Shown here piece by piece: positions 39,293 to 49,286 of a stretch of 64,000 bases of DNA; position 1 is the first letter of the stretch, and every line of letters begins with the position of its first letter. The position numbers and the translations under genes were made by a program. Source of the DNA: Halarcobacter sp. Lineage in GTDB: Bacteria; Campylobacterota; Campylobacteria; Campylobacterales; Arcobacteraceae. The DNA lies in the NCBI GenBank assembly GCA_963676565.1, contig OY781089.1, positions 1,088,001-1,152,000 of the forward strand. Direction: 5' to 3'. The notes under the pieces are model-generated. The model saw nothing but the letters and a program-made list of their open reading frames with translations, made no database searches and was not told the DNA's origin.

Positions 39293-41818
39293 ATGAAAAG
39301 TTTTAGTATTAGTACTAAATTAATGTTATTAATTATTGGAAGTTTAGTTTTTATGTCAGTAACTATTTTGTCAATAAGTATAAATGAAAGTATAAAACAC
39401 TCAGAAAAAGAAAAACTTATCCAACTTAAATCAACAACCTATGCAAAAAAACAACATATACAAGAGTATTTTAAAACTATTGAAGGTTTGATTATTTCTA
39501 TTGCAAATTCTGCTTCAACTCAAGAAGCTTTTAATGAGTTTATTAGAGGTTTTTATACTATTTCTAATCAATCAAGTGAAGAAGTTGATATGGCAAAAGT
39601 AAAAAATGAACTTCTAAATCACTATAATAATTTTTATATAAATAAGATAAATTTTGATTTAGCTAATATCCCTTCAAAAAAAGAAACTAGTAAATATTTA
39701 CCAAAAGATGACAATGGAATTTTAGCTCAATATATGTATATTGTAAAAAATGAAGAGAAAATTGGTGAAAAAAATAAATTAACACAATCAAATACTTTTT
39801 TTAATAATTACGCCTTTGCACATACAAGATTTCATGAAACCTTTAATACAATTTTAGAAAAATTTTCACTATATGATATTTTCTTAGTGGATTTAAAAGG
39901 TACAATTATTTACAGTACTTTTAAAGAAAAAGATTTTGCTACAAACTTAAAAACGGGACCTTATTCAAATAGTGGAATTGCAAAAGTAAATGAAAAAGCA
40001 TATAAGTTAAAAAAAGGTGAAGTTGCTTTTAGTGATTTTGAGCCTTATGAACCAAGTTATAACACTCCTGCTTCTTTTTTAGCTATTCCTGTTTTTAATA
40101 ATCAAAATAGAAGAATCGGTAATTTAATTATGCAATTTCCAATTGATGTGATTGATTCAATTATGAATTTTAATGGAAATTATGAAAATGCAGGTTTAGG
40201 TAAAAGTGGTAAAAGTTATTTAGTTGGAAGTGATTATAAAATGAGAAATAATCACAGATATTTAAAAGACCTTGACCATAAACATGTAAAAAGTTCAGGT
40301 ACTAGTATATCTATATATGAGATTAAAACTGAGGCAACAAAACTTGCTTTAGAGAACAAAAGTGGGGCAAAACTAATAAAAGATAATGAAGGTAAAAAAT
40401 ATCTAAGTGCTTATTCTGGACTAAAAGTTTTTGATCAACAATGGGGAATAATCTCTGAAATTGAAAATGAAGAAGCTTTAGCTGATAGTATTAGATTAAA
40501 TATAATTTTAGCTTCAATTTCATTTGCTGTACTTATTTTGATAATTTTTATTTCAATTTTTATTTTAAGAAATTCAATAATCAAACCTATTAAAAATTTT
40601 GAAAATGGTTTAATGTCTTTTTTTAAATATATAAATAATGAAAGTGATGAAGTTATTTATTTAGATGATTCTAAAAGTGATGAAATAGGGGAAATGTCAA
40701 AAGTTGTTAATAAAAATATTAATAAAACAAAAGATGGAATAGAAAAAGATAGAGAACTAATAAATGAAACTGTAAATATATTATCTGAATTTGAAAAAGG
40801 TGATTTATCTCAAAGAATTAAAACTAATCCTTCAAATCCTTCACTGCAAGAACTAAAAACTGTAATAAATAATATGGGGAATAATTTAGAAACAAATATT
40901 GAAAACATCTTAAAAGTTTTAGAAACTTATACTCAATACAACTATTTGGAAAAAGTTGATCCAAAAGATTTAAAAGAACAGCTTTTAAAATTAGCTCAAG
41001 GGGTAAACCTTTTAGGTGATTCTATTACTCAAATGCTTATTGAAAATAAAACAAATGGATTAAAACTTGATGATAGTTCAGATAAATTAATAGAAAGTGT
41101 AGAAATTTTATCAAATAATACAAATTCTGCCGCTGCATCAATTGAACAAACTTCTGCTGCTTTAGAAGAGATAAATGGAAATATAGTTTCAAATAATGAA
41201 AATGTTGAAAAAATGGCTTCTTATTCCCAAGAAGTTAATAGATCTGTTAAAACAGGAGAAGAATTAGCTCAAAAAACAACTCAAGCTATGGATGAGATAA
41301 ATGAACAAGTTAGCGCTATTAATGAGGCTATAAGTGTTATTGATCAAATAGCTTTCCAAACAAATATTCTTTCATTAAATGCTGCAGTAGAAGCTGCAAC
41401 AGCAGGTGAAGCTGGAAAAGGATTTGCTGTTGTTGCCCAAGAAGTTAGAAATTTAGCTGCAAGAAGTGCAGAAGCTGCAAAAGAGATTAAAAATTTAGTT
41501 GAAACTGCAAATATTAGAGCAAATGAAGGGAAGCAAATCTCAGATTCTATGATTGAAGGATATAGTAGTCTTAGTAAAAATATAACTAGTACAATAGAAC
41601 TTATTCACGCTGTATCAACTTCTTCAAAAGAGCAACAAATTGGAATTTCTCAAATAAATGAAAGTGTTGCAAGTTTAGATAAACAAACTCAAGAAAACTC
41701 AAGTATTGCTCAACATACAAATAGTATAGCACTACAAACAGATACAATTTCCAAACAAATTGTTGCTAATGCAGATGAAAAAGAGTTTTTAGGAAAAAAT
41801 GATATTAAGATAAATTAA
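39293..41818 (+). CDS. Methyl-accepting chemotaxis protein with Cache-type periplasmic domain
   Basis: Two TMs, [47 protein letters not shown]. Confidence 0.96.
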   Translation: MKSFSISTKLMLLIIGSLVFMSVTILSISINESIKHSEKEKLIQLKSTTYAKKQHIQEYFKTIEGLIISIANSASTQEAFNEFIRGFYTISNQSSEEVDMAKVKNELLNHYNNFYINKINFDLANIPSKKETSKYLPKDDNGILAQYMYIVKNEEKIGEKNKLTQSNTFFNNYAFAHTRFHETFNTILEKFSLYDIFLVDLKGTIIYSTFKEKDFATNLKTGPYSNSGIAKVNEKAYKLKKGEVAFSDFEPYEPSYNTPASFLAIPVFNNQNRRIGNLIMQFPIDVIDSIMNFNGNYENAGLGKSGKSYLVGSDYKMRNNHRYLKDLDHKHVKSSGTSISIYEIKTEATKLALENKSGAKLIKDNEGKKYLSAYSGLKVFDQQWGIISEIENEEALADSIRLNIILASISFAVLILIIFISIFILRNSIIKPIKNFENGLMSFFKYINNESDEVIYLDDSKSDEIGEMSKVVNKNINKTKDGIEKDRELINETVNILSEFEKGDLSQRIKTNPSNPSLQELKTVINNMGNNLETNIENILKVLETYTQYNYLEKVDPKDLKEQLLKLAQGVNLLGDSITQMLIENKTNGLKLDDSSDKLIESVEILSNNTNSAAASIEQTSAALEEINGNIVSNNENVEKMASYSQEVNRSVKTGEELAQKTTQAMDEINEQVSAINEAISVIDQIAFQTNILSLNAAVEAATAGEAGKGFAVVAQEVRNLAARSAEAAKEIKNLVETANIRANEGKQISDSMIEGYSSLSKNITSTIELIHAVSTSSKEQQIGISQINESVASLDKQTQENSSIAQHTNSIALQTDTISKQIVANADEKEFLGKNDIKIN

Positions 41819-41891
41819 TAAATAAACTAATTCTTTTCATTATTAAAAGATAAAATGCTACAATACGCCAATTTTTAAAAGGGATACAAAT

Positions 41892-42491
41892 ATGCTTCAT
41901 AGTATTGTAGATTTTATAGTTCAGACAGTTGGCACTTTAGGTTATAGCGGAATTTTCATAATGATGTTTTTAGAAAGTACTTTTTTCCCTTTTCCTAGTG
42001 AGGTAGTAATGATTCCAGCTGGTTACTTAGTTCACAAGGGTGAGATGAATATGGCTATGGTTTTATTTTGTGGAATATCAGGTTCTCTTGCTGGAGCACT
42101 TTTTAACTACTACCTAGCTATTTATGTAGGTCGAGCTGTTTTAATAAAATATGGGAAATATTTTTTCATAAAAGAATCTACAATTCAAAAAGCTGAAAGG
42201 TTTTTCCAAAACCATGGACATATCTCAACTTTTAGTGGAAGATTAATACCTGCTGTTAGACAACTTATATCATTTCCAGCTGGATTAGCTAGAATGAATA
42301 TTGTAAGTTTTTCTATATATACAACTTTAGGTGCCTCTATTTGGGTTGTTATATTAACTTTGCTTGGTTATTACATTGGAGATAATGAAGCTTTAGTAAA
42401 AGAGTATTTATCAACAATTATTTATGTATTATTAGGATTAATTGCCTTAGGTGTTTTCATTTATTATAAAAGAATAAACAAAGGTTTATAA
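41892..42491 (+). CDS. DedA family membrane protein
   Basis: FLES...PFPSE, GRLIPAVR..IS.PAG. Confidence 0.92.
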   Translation: MLHSIVDFIVQTVGTLGYSGIFIMMFLESTFFPFPSEVVMIPAGYLVHKGEMNMAMVLFCGISGSLAGALFNYYLAIYVGRAVLIKYGKYFFIKESTIQKAERFFQNHGHISTFSGRLIPAVRQLISFPAGLARMNIVSFSIYTTLGASIWVVILTLLGYYIGDNEALVKEYLSTIIYVLLGLIALGVFIYYKRINKGL

Positions 42492-42492
42492 A

Positions 42493-43128
42493 ATGAAAAA
42501 AGCTATTGTAACTGGTTATTCTTCTGGAATTGGAAAAGCAATTTGTGAAATTTTAGAAGAAAATGATTACAAAGTTTTAAAGTTAAAATCAAGACTTGAA
42601 GATACTAAAGCACTAGAATCAGAAGTGAAAAAGCTATTAAAAGAAAATGAAATTGATTTGTTAGTTAATTGCGCTGGTCTTGGAATATTTAAACCCCATG
42701 AAGAGATTTCAATTCCAAAAATTCAAGAATTAATAAATATAAATCTTACTGCACCAATTATACTTTCAAGTTTACTTTTAAGAACTCTAAAAAAAACAAA
42801 AGGGCATATTATAAATATTGCTTCAATTGAAGCAACAAGGCATTCCAAATTTTCAGCACTTTACACGGCAACAAAATCAGGCCTTAGAAATTTTTCTTTA
42901 ACTTTATTTGAAGAGTTAAGAAAATCAGATGTTAAAGTTACTACAATTAATCCAGACCTTACTAAAACAAACTTTTTTGATGAGTTTAACTTTGAACCTA
43001 GCGAAAATAAAAACGCCCATCTCTTACCTCAAACAATTGCAAATACAGTTTTAGATATTTTAAATTTTGATGGGGTTATCACAGAAATCACTGTTCGTCC
43101 CCAGCGACTAGAGATTAAAAAAAAATAA
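42493..43128 (+). CDS. Short-chain dehydrogenase/reductase
   Basis: TGYSSGIG, NCAG, YTATK. Confidence 0.9.
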   Translation: MKKAIVTGYSSGIGKAICEILEENDYKVLKLKSRLEDTKALESEVKKLLKENEIDLLVNCAGLGIFKPHEEISIPKIQELININLTAPIILSSLLLRTLKKTKGHIINIASIEATRHSKFSALYTATKSGLRNFSLTLFEELRKSDVKVTTINPDLTKTNFFDEFNFEPSENKNAHLLPQTIANTVLDILNFDGVITEITVRPQRLEIKKK

Positions 43129-43191
43129 AAAAAATATTTTAAGTTATACAATTAAAGAATAATTTTTGTGTAATAAATGTACAAGAAATAC

Positions 43192-43220
43192 TTGACAATG
43201 TAAAAAAAAGTAGTTAAGAT
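43192..43220 (+). promoter_or_regulatory. Sigma70-type promoter of the ectoine cluster leader
   Basis: TTGACA (43192-43197), 17-bp spacer, TAAGAT (43215-43220). Confidence 0.75.
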
Positions 43221-43250
43221 TTACCTATATTTTTATAGGAGGCTACAAAG

Positions 43251-43400
43251 ATGTTATTTATTAATTGTTCAAAATTAAAACATTTTATTTGCTTAGCCTT
43301 AATTAAACTCTTTAGAACTTTCAAAATTAATGTAAGACCTGTAAAAGAGATTCAAAACTTACTAATCCAAGAAAAAAGCTTTATTTTAACTGCCATATAG
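43251..43400 (+). CDS. Putative 49-aa leader peptide
   Basis: AGGAGG at 43237-43242, ATG 43251, open to TAG 43398-43400: MLFINCSKLKHFICLALIKLFRTFKINVRPVKEIQNLLIQEKSFILTAI. Confidence 0.6.
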   Translation: MLFINCSKLKHFICLALIKLFRTFKINVRPVKEIQNLLIQEKSFILTAI

Positions 43401-43500
43401 ACCCTCGCAATTTATTTAGTGTGTAATAAATTGTAAGTCATTTAAATAATATATTTAAATATTTATTATTTAAATGACTTAGTAGGGTCTTTTTTATTTT
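43399..43500 (+). terminator. Branched terminator/attenuator-like structure before the first ectoine gene
   Basis: AGACCCT(43399-43405)/AGGGTCT(43484-43490) followed by a T tract, enclosing two hairpins including an 18-bp perfect IR (43434-43451/43464-43481). Confidence 0.65.
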
Positions 43501-43533
43501 AAAAAAATCAAAAATTATATTAAGGAAAAAATT

Positions 43534-44778
43534 ATGTTAAACGATAAAACAGTATTTGAAGAGAATGAATCAGAAATTAGAGCTTATTGTAGAGCAGTAC
43601 CAACTGTTTTTAAATCATCAAAAAATGCAATTATGATTGACGAAAATGATAAAGAATTTGTAGACTTTTTTGCAGGAGCTGGAGTTTTAAACTTTGGTCA
43701 CAATAATCCAAAAATGAAAGAAGCGGTAATAGAGTTTTTACAAAGGGATGGAGTAGTTCATTCCCTTGATATGTTTACAGATGTTAAAAGAGATTTTATT
43801 TCAACATTTGTTGAAACAGTTTTAAAGCCTAGAGGAATGGGTGATTATAAACTTCAATTTACAGGACCAACAGGAACAAATGCAGTTGAAGCAGCACTTA
43901 AACTTGCTAGAAAAGTAACTGGAAGAACAGAGATTGTAGCTTTCCATAGAGGTTTCCATGGTATGACTTTAGGTTCACTTGCTTGTACTGCAAATAATGC
44001 CTTTAGAAGCTCATCAGGAGTTCCTTTAAATAATGTTATTAGAGGAACATTTAATGACATGGAAGCTCTAGATAGAATGAGAGAACAAATGTTTGATGCA
44101 GGATCTGGGATGTTACCACCAGCTGGATTTATAGTAGAACCAGTACAAGCTGAAGGTGGTGTTAGGCCAGCAACAAAAGAGTGGCTTCAAGCAGTACAAA
44201 AACTTGCACGAGATACTGGAGCATTATTTATCCTTGATAGTATTCAATGTGGTAATGGTAGATGTGGAAGCTATTTCAGTTTTGATGATTTAGATGTTGA
44301 CCCAGATATTAATATTTGTGCAAAAGGTTTAGGTGGATTTGGTACACCAATTGGTATGTTAGTAAATAAACCAGAAATCGACAAAGCTTGGGGACCAGGA
44401 CAACATACTGGTACATTTAGAGGACAAGGTATCTCATTTGTAGCAGGTAAGGTTGCCTTAGAATATTTTAAAGATGAGGAGTTTAATAAAGAGACTATTA
44501 GAAAAGGTAAAGTGATTAGAACCTTACTTGATGAGATGAATGAAAAATATCCTCAAGTTACAGATATTAGACAAAAGGGGATGATGTTAGCAATAAACTT
44601 TGATAATGCGGCAACTGTTAAAGAGATTACTGGAAAATGTTACGAAAATGGTTTAATTATTGGAGCTTGCTCAACGGGTGAGATTATTAAATTTATTCCA
44701 CCTTTAACAATTGAAGATGAAGTTTTAGAAGAGGGACTAAAAAGATTTAAAGCTTCAGTTGAAGCTGTATTAGGTTAA
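43534..44778 (+). CDS. Diaminobutyrate aminotransferase, EctB-type (class III PLP)
   Basis: FEENESEIRAYCR..PTVF, DFFAGAG.LNFGHN, QFTGPTGTNAVEAALK, FHGMTLG, HTGTFRG. Confidence 0.88.
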   Translation: MLNDKTVFEENESEIRAYCRAVPTVFKSSKNAIMIDENDKEFVDFFAGAGVLNFGHNNPKMKEAVIEFLQRDGVVHSLDMFTDVKRDFISTFVETVLKPRGMGDYKLQFTGPTGTNAVEAALKLARKVTGRTEIVAFHRGFHGMTLGSLACTANNAFRSSSGVPLNNVIRGTFNDMEALDRMREQMFDAGSGMLPPAGFIVEPVQAEGGVRPATKEWLQAVQKLARDTGALFILDSIQCGNGRCGSYFSFDDLDVDPDINICAKGLGGFGTPIGMLVNKPEIDKAWGPGQHTGTFRGQGISFVAGKVALEYFKDEEFNKETIRKGKVIRTLLDEMNEKYPQVTDIRQKGMMLAINFDNAATVKEITGKCYENGLIIGACSTGEIIKFIPPLTIEDEVLEEGLKRFKASVEAVLG

Positions 44779-44918
44779 AAGCAACTCGTTGCTTTCTTTA
44801 GAATTTCTCAAAGAGAGTACAAGTACAAGGCTTCTTTAGATGAGATTTATTCTCATTGATAAAAGAAGTTAAAAAATATAGGTCCCTGAAAAAATGGGAC
44901 ATTTTTTAAGGAGAAATT

Positions 44919-46319
44919 ATGGGATATAGCTCAACACATTTTAAATCAATAAATCCATACAATGAAGAGATTGTATGTGAAGTACCAATGCATACAAAAG
45001 AACAGGCAAGAGAAATTATAGAAAATGCTCAAGAAGCATATGTTGGTGAGTGGATTAATACAAGTTATGAACAAAGAGCAAAGCTTTTAAATGCAGTTGC
45101 AAAAGAGATGAAAGATAACCTTGATTATTACGCTCTTCCTATGACTGAAGAGATGGGTAAACCTATTAATGAAGCAAGAGGGGAAGTTAATAAAGCTGCA
45201 TGGGCAGCAGAACACTATGCAAGTTTTGGAGAAGAGTATTTAAAAACTGAATACTTAGAATCAGATGCAACTGAAAGTTATGTTCAGTATTTACCCCTTG
45301 GAGTAACACTTGGAGTGTTACCTTGGAATGCACCTTTTTGGTTAGCTTTTAGATACTTAGCTCCTGCACTTATGTCTGGAAATACTTGTATTATGAAACA
45401 TGACTCACATACTCCATTATGTGCACTTAGAATAGTCGAAGCCTTTACTAAAGCAGGGTTTCCTACAAATGTTGTTCAAAATCTAATGGTAGGACATTCA
45501 TTACTTGAAGATGTAATTAGACATGAAAATGTAATGGGAGTTTCACTTACAGGTTCATCAAAAGCAGGTGCTGCCGTTGGAGCTATTGCTGGAAGTGAAA
45601 TTAAACCAGTTGTTTTAGAACTTGGTGGTAGTGACCCAGCTATTATTTTAGCAGATACCCAAGATTTAGAAAAAGCAGCTGATGTGGTTGTTTTATCAAG
45701 ATATATAAACGCTGGGCAATCTTGTATTGCTGCAAAAAGAATTATCGTTGAAGAGCCAATTTATGAAAAATTTATAGAACTTTTAAAAGAAAGGTTTGAG
45801 AAATTAAAACTTGGTGATCCTAAAGATGAGTCAACAACTATTGGACCAATAGCTAGACGTGAGTTAGTTGAAGAGATGCATGAGCAAGTTGATAGATCAG
45901 TTGCAGCAGGAGCTAGATTAGTTCTTGGTGGTCAAAGATTAGATGATATGCAAGGGTTTTTCTTCCCTGTGACTATTTTAGCTGATGTAGAACCTGGTAT
46001 GGTTGTTTCTTGCCAAGAAACATTTGGACCAATAGCATCCGTTATAAAAGTAATAGATGAAGAGGAAGCTATAAAAATAGCAAATGCAACAGATTATGGT
46101 TTAGGTGGTTCTGTTTGGACAGGGGATGTCGAAAAAGGTAAAAAAATAGCTTCAAGAATTGTAACAGGACAAGTTTCAATTAATGGAATAGTTAAATCAG
46201 ACCCAAGGCTTCCAAGTGGTGGAGTAAAAAAATCTGGACTTGGAAAGGAGTTAGGACCACATGGAATTAGAATGTTTGTAAATACTCAACAAGTTTGGGT
46301 AGGTCCAGTTAAAAGTTAA
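44919..46319 (+). CDS. NAD(P)-dependent succinate/aspartate-semialdehyde dehydrogenase (DoeC-like role)
   Basis: PWNAP, TGS, LELGGSDP, NAGQSC, ETFGP. Confidence 0.88.
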   Translation: MGYSSTHFKSINPYNEEIVCEVPMHTKEQAREIIENAQEAYVGEWINTSYEQRAKLLNAVAKEMKDNLDYYALPMTEEMGKPINEARGEVNKAAWAAEHYASFGEEYLKTEYLESDATESYVQYLPLGVTLGVLPWNAPFWLAFRYLAPALMSGNTCIMKHDSHTPLCALRIVEAFTKAGFPTNVVQNLMVGHSLLEDVIRHENVMGVSLTGSSKAGAAVGAIAGSEIKPVVLELGGSDPAIILADTQDLEKAADVVVLSRYINAGQSCIAAKRIIVEEPIYEKFIELLKERFEKLKLGDPKDESTTIGPIARRELVEEMHEQVDRSVAAGARLVLGGQRLDDMQGFFFPVTILADVEPGMVVSCQETFGPIASVIKVIDEEEAIKIANATDYGLGGSVWTGDVEKGKKIASRIVTGQVSINGIVKSDPRLPSGGVKKSGLGKELGPHGIRMFVNTQQVWVGPVKS

Positions 46320-46334
46320 GTTTTGGAGAAGAAA

Positions 46335-47522
46335 ATGAATAAAACAAAACTTGCCTTTACTAAAAAGGAATATATTCAAAGGGTTAAAAGAGTTAAATCT
46401 TTAATGCAACAAAGGCGAATTGACGTCTTAGTTGCAACTGACCCAGGAAACATGAATTGGCTAACTGGTTATGATGGGTGGTCATTTTATGTTCATCAAG
46501 GGGTAATTATCTCATTAGATCATGAAGAACCTATTTGGTTTGGAAGACTTATGGATGTGAATGCAGCATTACTTAGATGTTACATGAGTAAAGAGAATAT
46601 GATTGGTTATCCTGAAATGTATGTACAAAATCTAGATGAGCATCCAATGACATGGATTGGAGAAAATATTTTCAGAAAAAATAAATGGGAAAAATGTGTT
46701 ATTGCAACTGAAAGGGACAATTACTACTATTCTGCAGAAGCTCATTTTAGATTAACTGCAACTTTACCAAATGCAACATTTGTAAATGCCAATAATCTAG
46801 TAAATTGGGTTAGAGGTAAAAAGTCAGCAAAAGAGATTGAGTATATGAAAATTGCTGGAAGAATTACTGAAAAGATTCATCAAAGAGTACTTGATATTGT
46901 AAGACCTGGTATTCCAAAATCCCATGTAGTTTCTCAAATTTATGAAACAGCAATTGCGGGAGTTGATGGTTATGGGGGAGATTATCCTTCAATCGTACCT
47001 CTACTTCCCTCAGGAAAAGAAGCATCAGCATCTCATATTACTTGGGATGATAGCCCTTTTAAAAGAAATGAAGCAACATTTTTTGAGATATCTGGGTGTT
47101 ATAAAAGATACCATGCTCCTATGTCAAGAACAATTTATATGGGAAAACCAAATCAAAAATTTCTTGATGCAGAAAAGGCATTGCAAGAAACAATAGAAGC
47201 AGGACTTGAAATGGCAAAGCCAGGAAATACAACTGCTGATATTGCAAATGCAGCCCAAAAAGTTATGAATAAATACGGTATTGATAGAAACAATGCAAGA
47301 TATGGATATCCAATTGGAGTTAGTTATCCACCCGATTGGGGTGAGCGAACTTGTAGTTTAAGAAGTACAGATTTAACAGTTCTTGAACCGGGTATGACCT
47401 TTCATTTTATGCCAGGGATTTGGCAAGAGGATTGGGGAGTTGAGATTACAGAAAGTATTCATATTACTAAAGATGGGGTAGAAACTTTTTGTAATTTTCC
47501 AAGACAATTATTTCTAAAGTGA
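46335..47522 (+). CDS. doeA: Ectoine hydrolase DoeA/EutD (M24 family)
   Basis: MNWLTGYDGWSFYVHQ, GGDYP, YPPDWGERT, GMTFHFMPG.W..DWG.EITESI. Confidence 0.9.
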   Translation: MNKTKLAFTKKEYIQRVKRVKSLMQQRRIDVLVATDPGNMNWLTGYDGWSFYVHQGVIISLDHEEPIWFGRLMDVNAALLRCYMSKENMIGYPEMYVQNLDEHPMTWIGENIFRKNKWEKCVIATERDNYYYSAEAHFRLTATLPNATFVNANNLVNWVRGKKSAKEIEYMKIAGRITEKIHQRVLDIVRPGIPKSHVVSQIYETAIAGVDGYGGDYPSIVPLLPSGKEASASHITWDDSPFKRNEATFFEISGCYKRYHAPMSRTIYMGKPNQKFLDAEKALQETIEAGLEMAKPGNTTADIANAAQKVMNKYGIDRNNARYGYPIGVSYPPDWGERTCSLRSTDLTVLEPGMTFHFMPGIWQEDWGVEITESIHITKDGVETFCNFPRQLFLK

Positions 47523-47613
47523 CACTAAATATAGGGGGTGTATCTATAAAAAAGCTTATATTTAAAACCAGACAGAGAAAAAGCGATAAAACAAACAAAG
47601 AAAGGAATTTGAT

Positions 47614-48621
47614 ATGAAATTATTTAAAGGATTGGTAATAGCAGGTTTAATTACTGCTACAAGTTTGAGTGCAGCAACATGGAAATATGCTTTTGGTGAA
47701 GGTACAAGTGACCCTCAAGGTATTTATGCAACTGCATTTAAGAGTTTTATAGAGGATAATTCAAGAAATAAAATAGAACTATATAAGGTTGGGTCTTTAG
47801 GTGAAGAAACTGACATGATGGAGCAAACAAGAGCTGGTTTACTTCATTTCTTAGGTCAATCAACAGGATATATGGGTGGAACTATTCCTGAGATGGATGT
47901 TTTTACAGTTCCTTATGTGATGCCTACAGATACAAAACAATTGGATTATTTCTTTAAAAACTCAAAAGTAATTAATGAGATGCTTCCAACAATTTTCCAT
48001 AAACATGGATTAGAATTATTATCTATTTTCCCTGAAGGAGAGATGGCTGTTACAACTTTTGAAGAGTTTCATTCACCTGCAGATTTAAAGGGTAAAAAGA
48101 TGAGAGTTATGCCAGGTTCTCCTATTTTGGTTGAAACATATAAAGCTTTTGGAGCATCTCCTCAACCTATGTCATGGGGTGATTTAGTTGGTGCACTTAA
48201 AACAGGAATGGTTGATGGACAAGAAAACCCAACAGTATGGATTGAAGCATATGGTTTAGATGATTTAACAAAAGTTTTAACATATACAGGACATGGACAC
48301 TTTAATGCATCAGTTAGTGCAAATAAAAAGTTTTATGACGGATTATCAAAAAGAGATAAAAAATTAGTTCAAGAAGCTGCTAAGTTTGCCCATAAAACAA
48401 TTTTACAAGAGGCTCAAAAACTTGATGCTTATGGATTAGGAAGAATTGTAAGAACAAATCCTAGTTATAAAATTGTAACTTTAACTGAAGATGAAAGAAA
48501 AGTATTTAAAGAAGAAGCAAAAGCTGTTCAAGAATCATTCGCTTCAAAAAGTGATTCAAATAAAAAAATTATGACTCAAATGATGAAAGATTTAGCCGAG
48601 GCTGAAGCAAATGCTAAATAA
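47614..48621 (+). CDS. TRAP substrate-binding protein, TeaA/UehA-like
   Basis: Signal peptide, WKYA..E, PEGEM, LKTGMVDGQENP; in the ectoine cluster. Confidence 0.85.
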   Translation: MKLFKGLVIAGLITATSLSAATWKYAFGEGTSDPQGIYATAFKSFIEDNSRNKIELYKVGSLGEETDMMEQTRAGLLHFLGQSTGYMGGTIPEMDVFTVPYVMPTDTKQLDYFFKNSKVINEMLPTIFHKHGLELLSIFPEGEMAVTTFEEFHSPADLKGKKMRVMPGSPILVETYKAFGASPQPMSWGDLVGALKTGMVDGQENPTVWIEAYGLDDLTKVLTYTGHGHFNASVSANKKFYDGLSKRDKKLVQEAAKFAHKTILQEAQKLDAYGLGRIVRTNPSYKIVTLTEDERKVFKEEAKAVQESFASKSDSNKKIMTQMMKDLAEAEANAK

Positions 48622-48707
48622 TTTTTAATATATAGTAATCCACTTTTAGTGGATTTACTATAGTAGATTACAAAGTGTTGTAACCTACTATAGTAAAAGG
48701 AAGAATT

Positions 48708-49277
48708 ATGGACACTAGTACAAAGAACCCAATACTAAAAGCTTTAGATTTTGTAGACAAAATGCTAAGCAAATTTGAAGGTATTATGCTTGCTTTAGGT
48801 GTAATTGCAATGGCAATAATAACTATACTTTCAGTTATTACAAGATTTATTTTTAATGATGCCTTAACAATAACAGATGAACTAAATATGATTTTTATTG
48901 TAATAGTTACCTTTGCTGGTCTAAGTTACGCAGCTAGAAATGGAAGACATATTAGAATGTCTGCAATATATGATGCTCTTCCAACAAAAATTAGAAAAGT
49001 CTTTATGATATTTATCTCTTTAATCACTTCAATTTTTATGTTCATATTAGCAAAATATTCATATGGATATATAGTTGAGGTATATGAAAGTGGAAGAATA
49101 TTGCCAGCAATTGGAATACCAGTATTTTATGTATATTTATGGGTTCCTATTGGTTTTACTGTTACAGGGCTTCAATATTTTTTTACAGTTATAAAAAATA
49201 TTAGAGAAGATGATGTTTTTCTTTCAACAAAGGTAAGAGATGGATACAGCGATAGTAACAACGATATGGAAGTATAA
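48708..49277 (+). CDS. TRAP small permease DctQ (TeaB-like)
   Basis: TFAGLSYAARNGRHIRMSAIYDALP. Confidence 0.88.
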   Translation: MDTSTKNPILKALDFVDKMLSKFEGIMLALGVIAMAIITILSVITRFIFNDALTITDELNMIFIVIVTFAGLSYAARNGRHIRMSAIYDALPTKIRKVFMIFISLITSIFMFILAKYSYGYIVEVYESGRILPAIGIPVFYVYLWVPIGFTVTGLQYFFTVIKNIREDDVFLSTKVRDGYSDSNNDMEV

Positions 49278-49286
49278 GGAAGAAAG

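Noticed and set aside
43202..43209. A8 tract in the promoter spacer as a phase-variation switch
   Set aside because: A8 runs are frequent in this AT-rich sequence and the spacing is already an optimal 17 bp; no evidence of variation.
43534..44778. Ectoine biosynthesis operon
   Set aside because: No ectA, ectC or ask nearby; the neighbours are a hydrolase and an importer.
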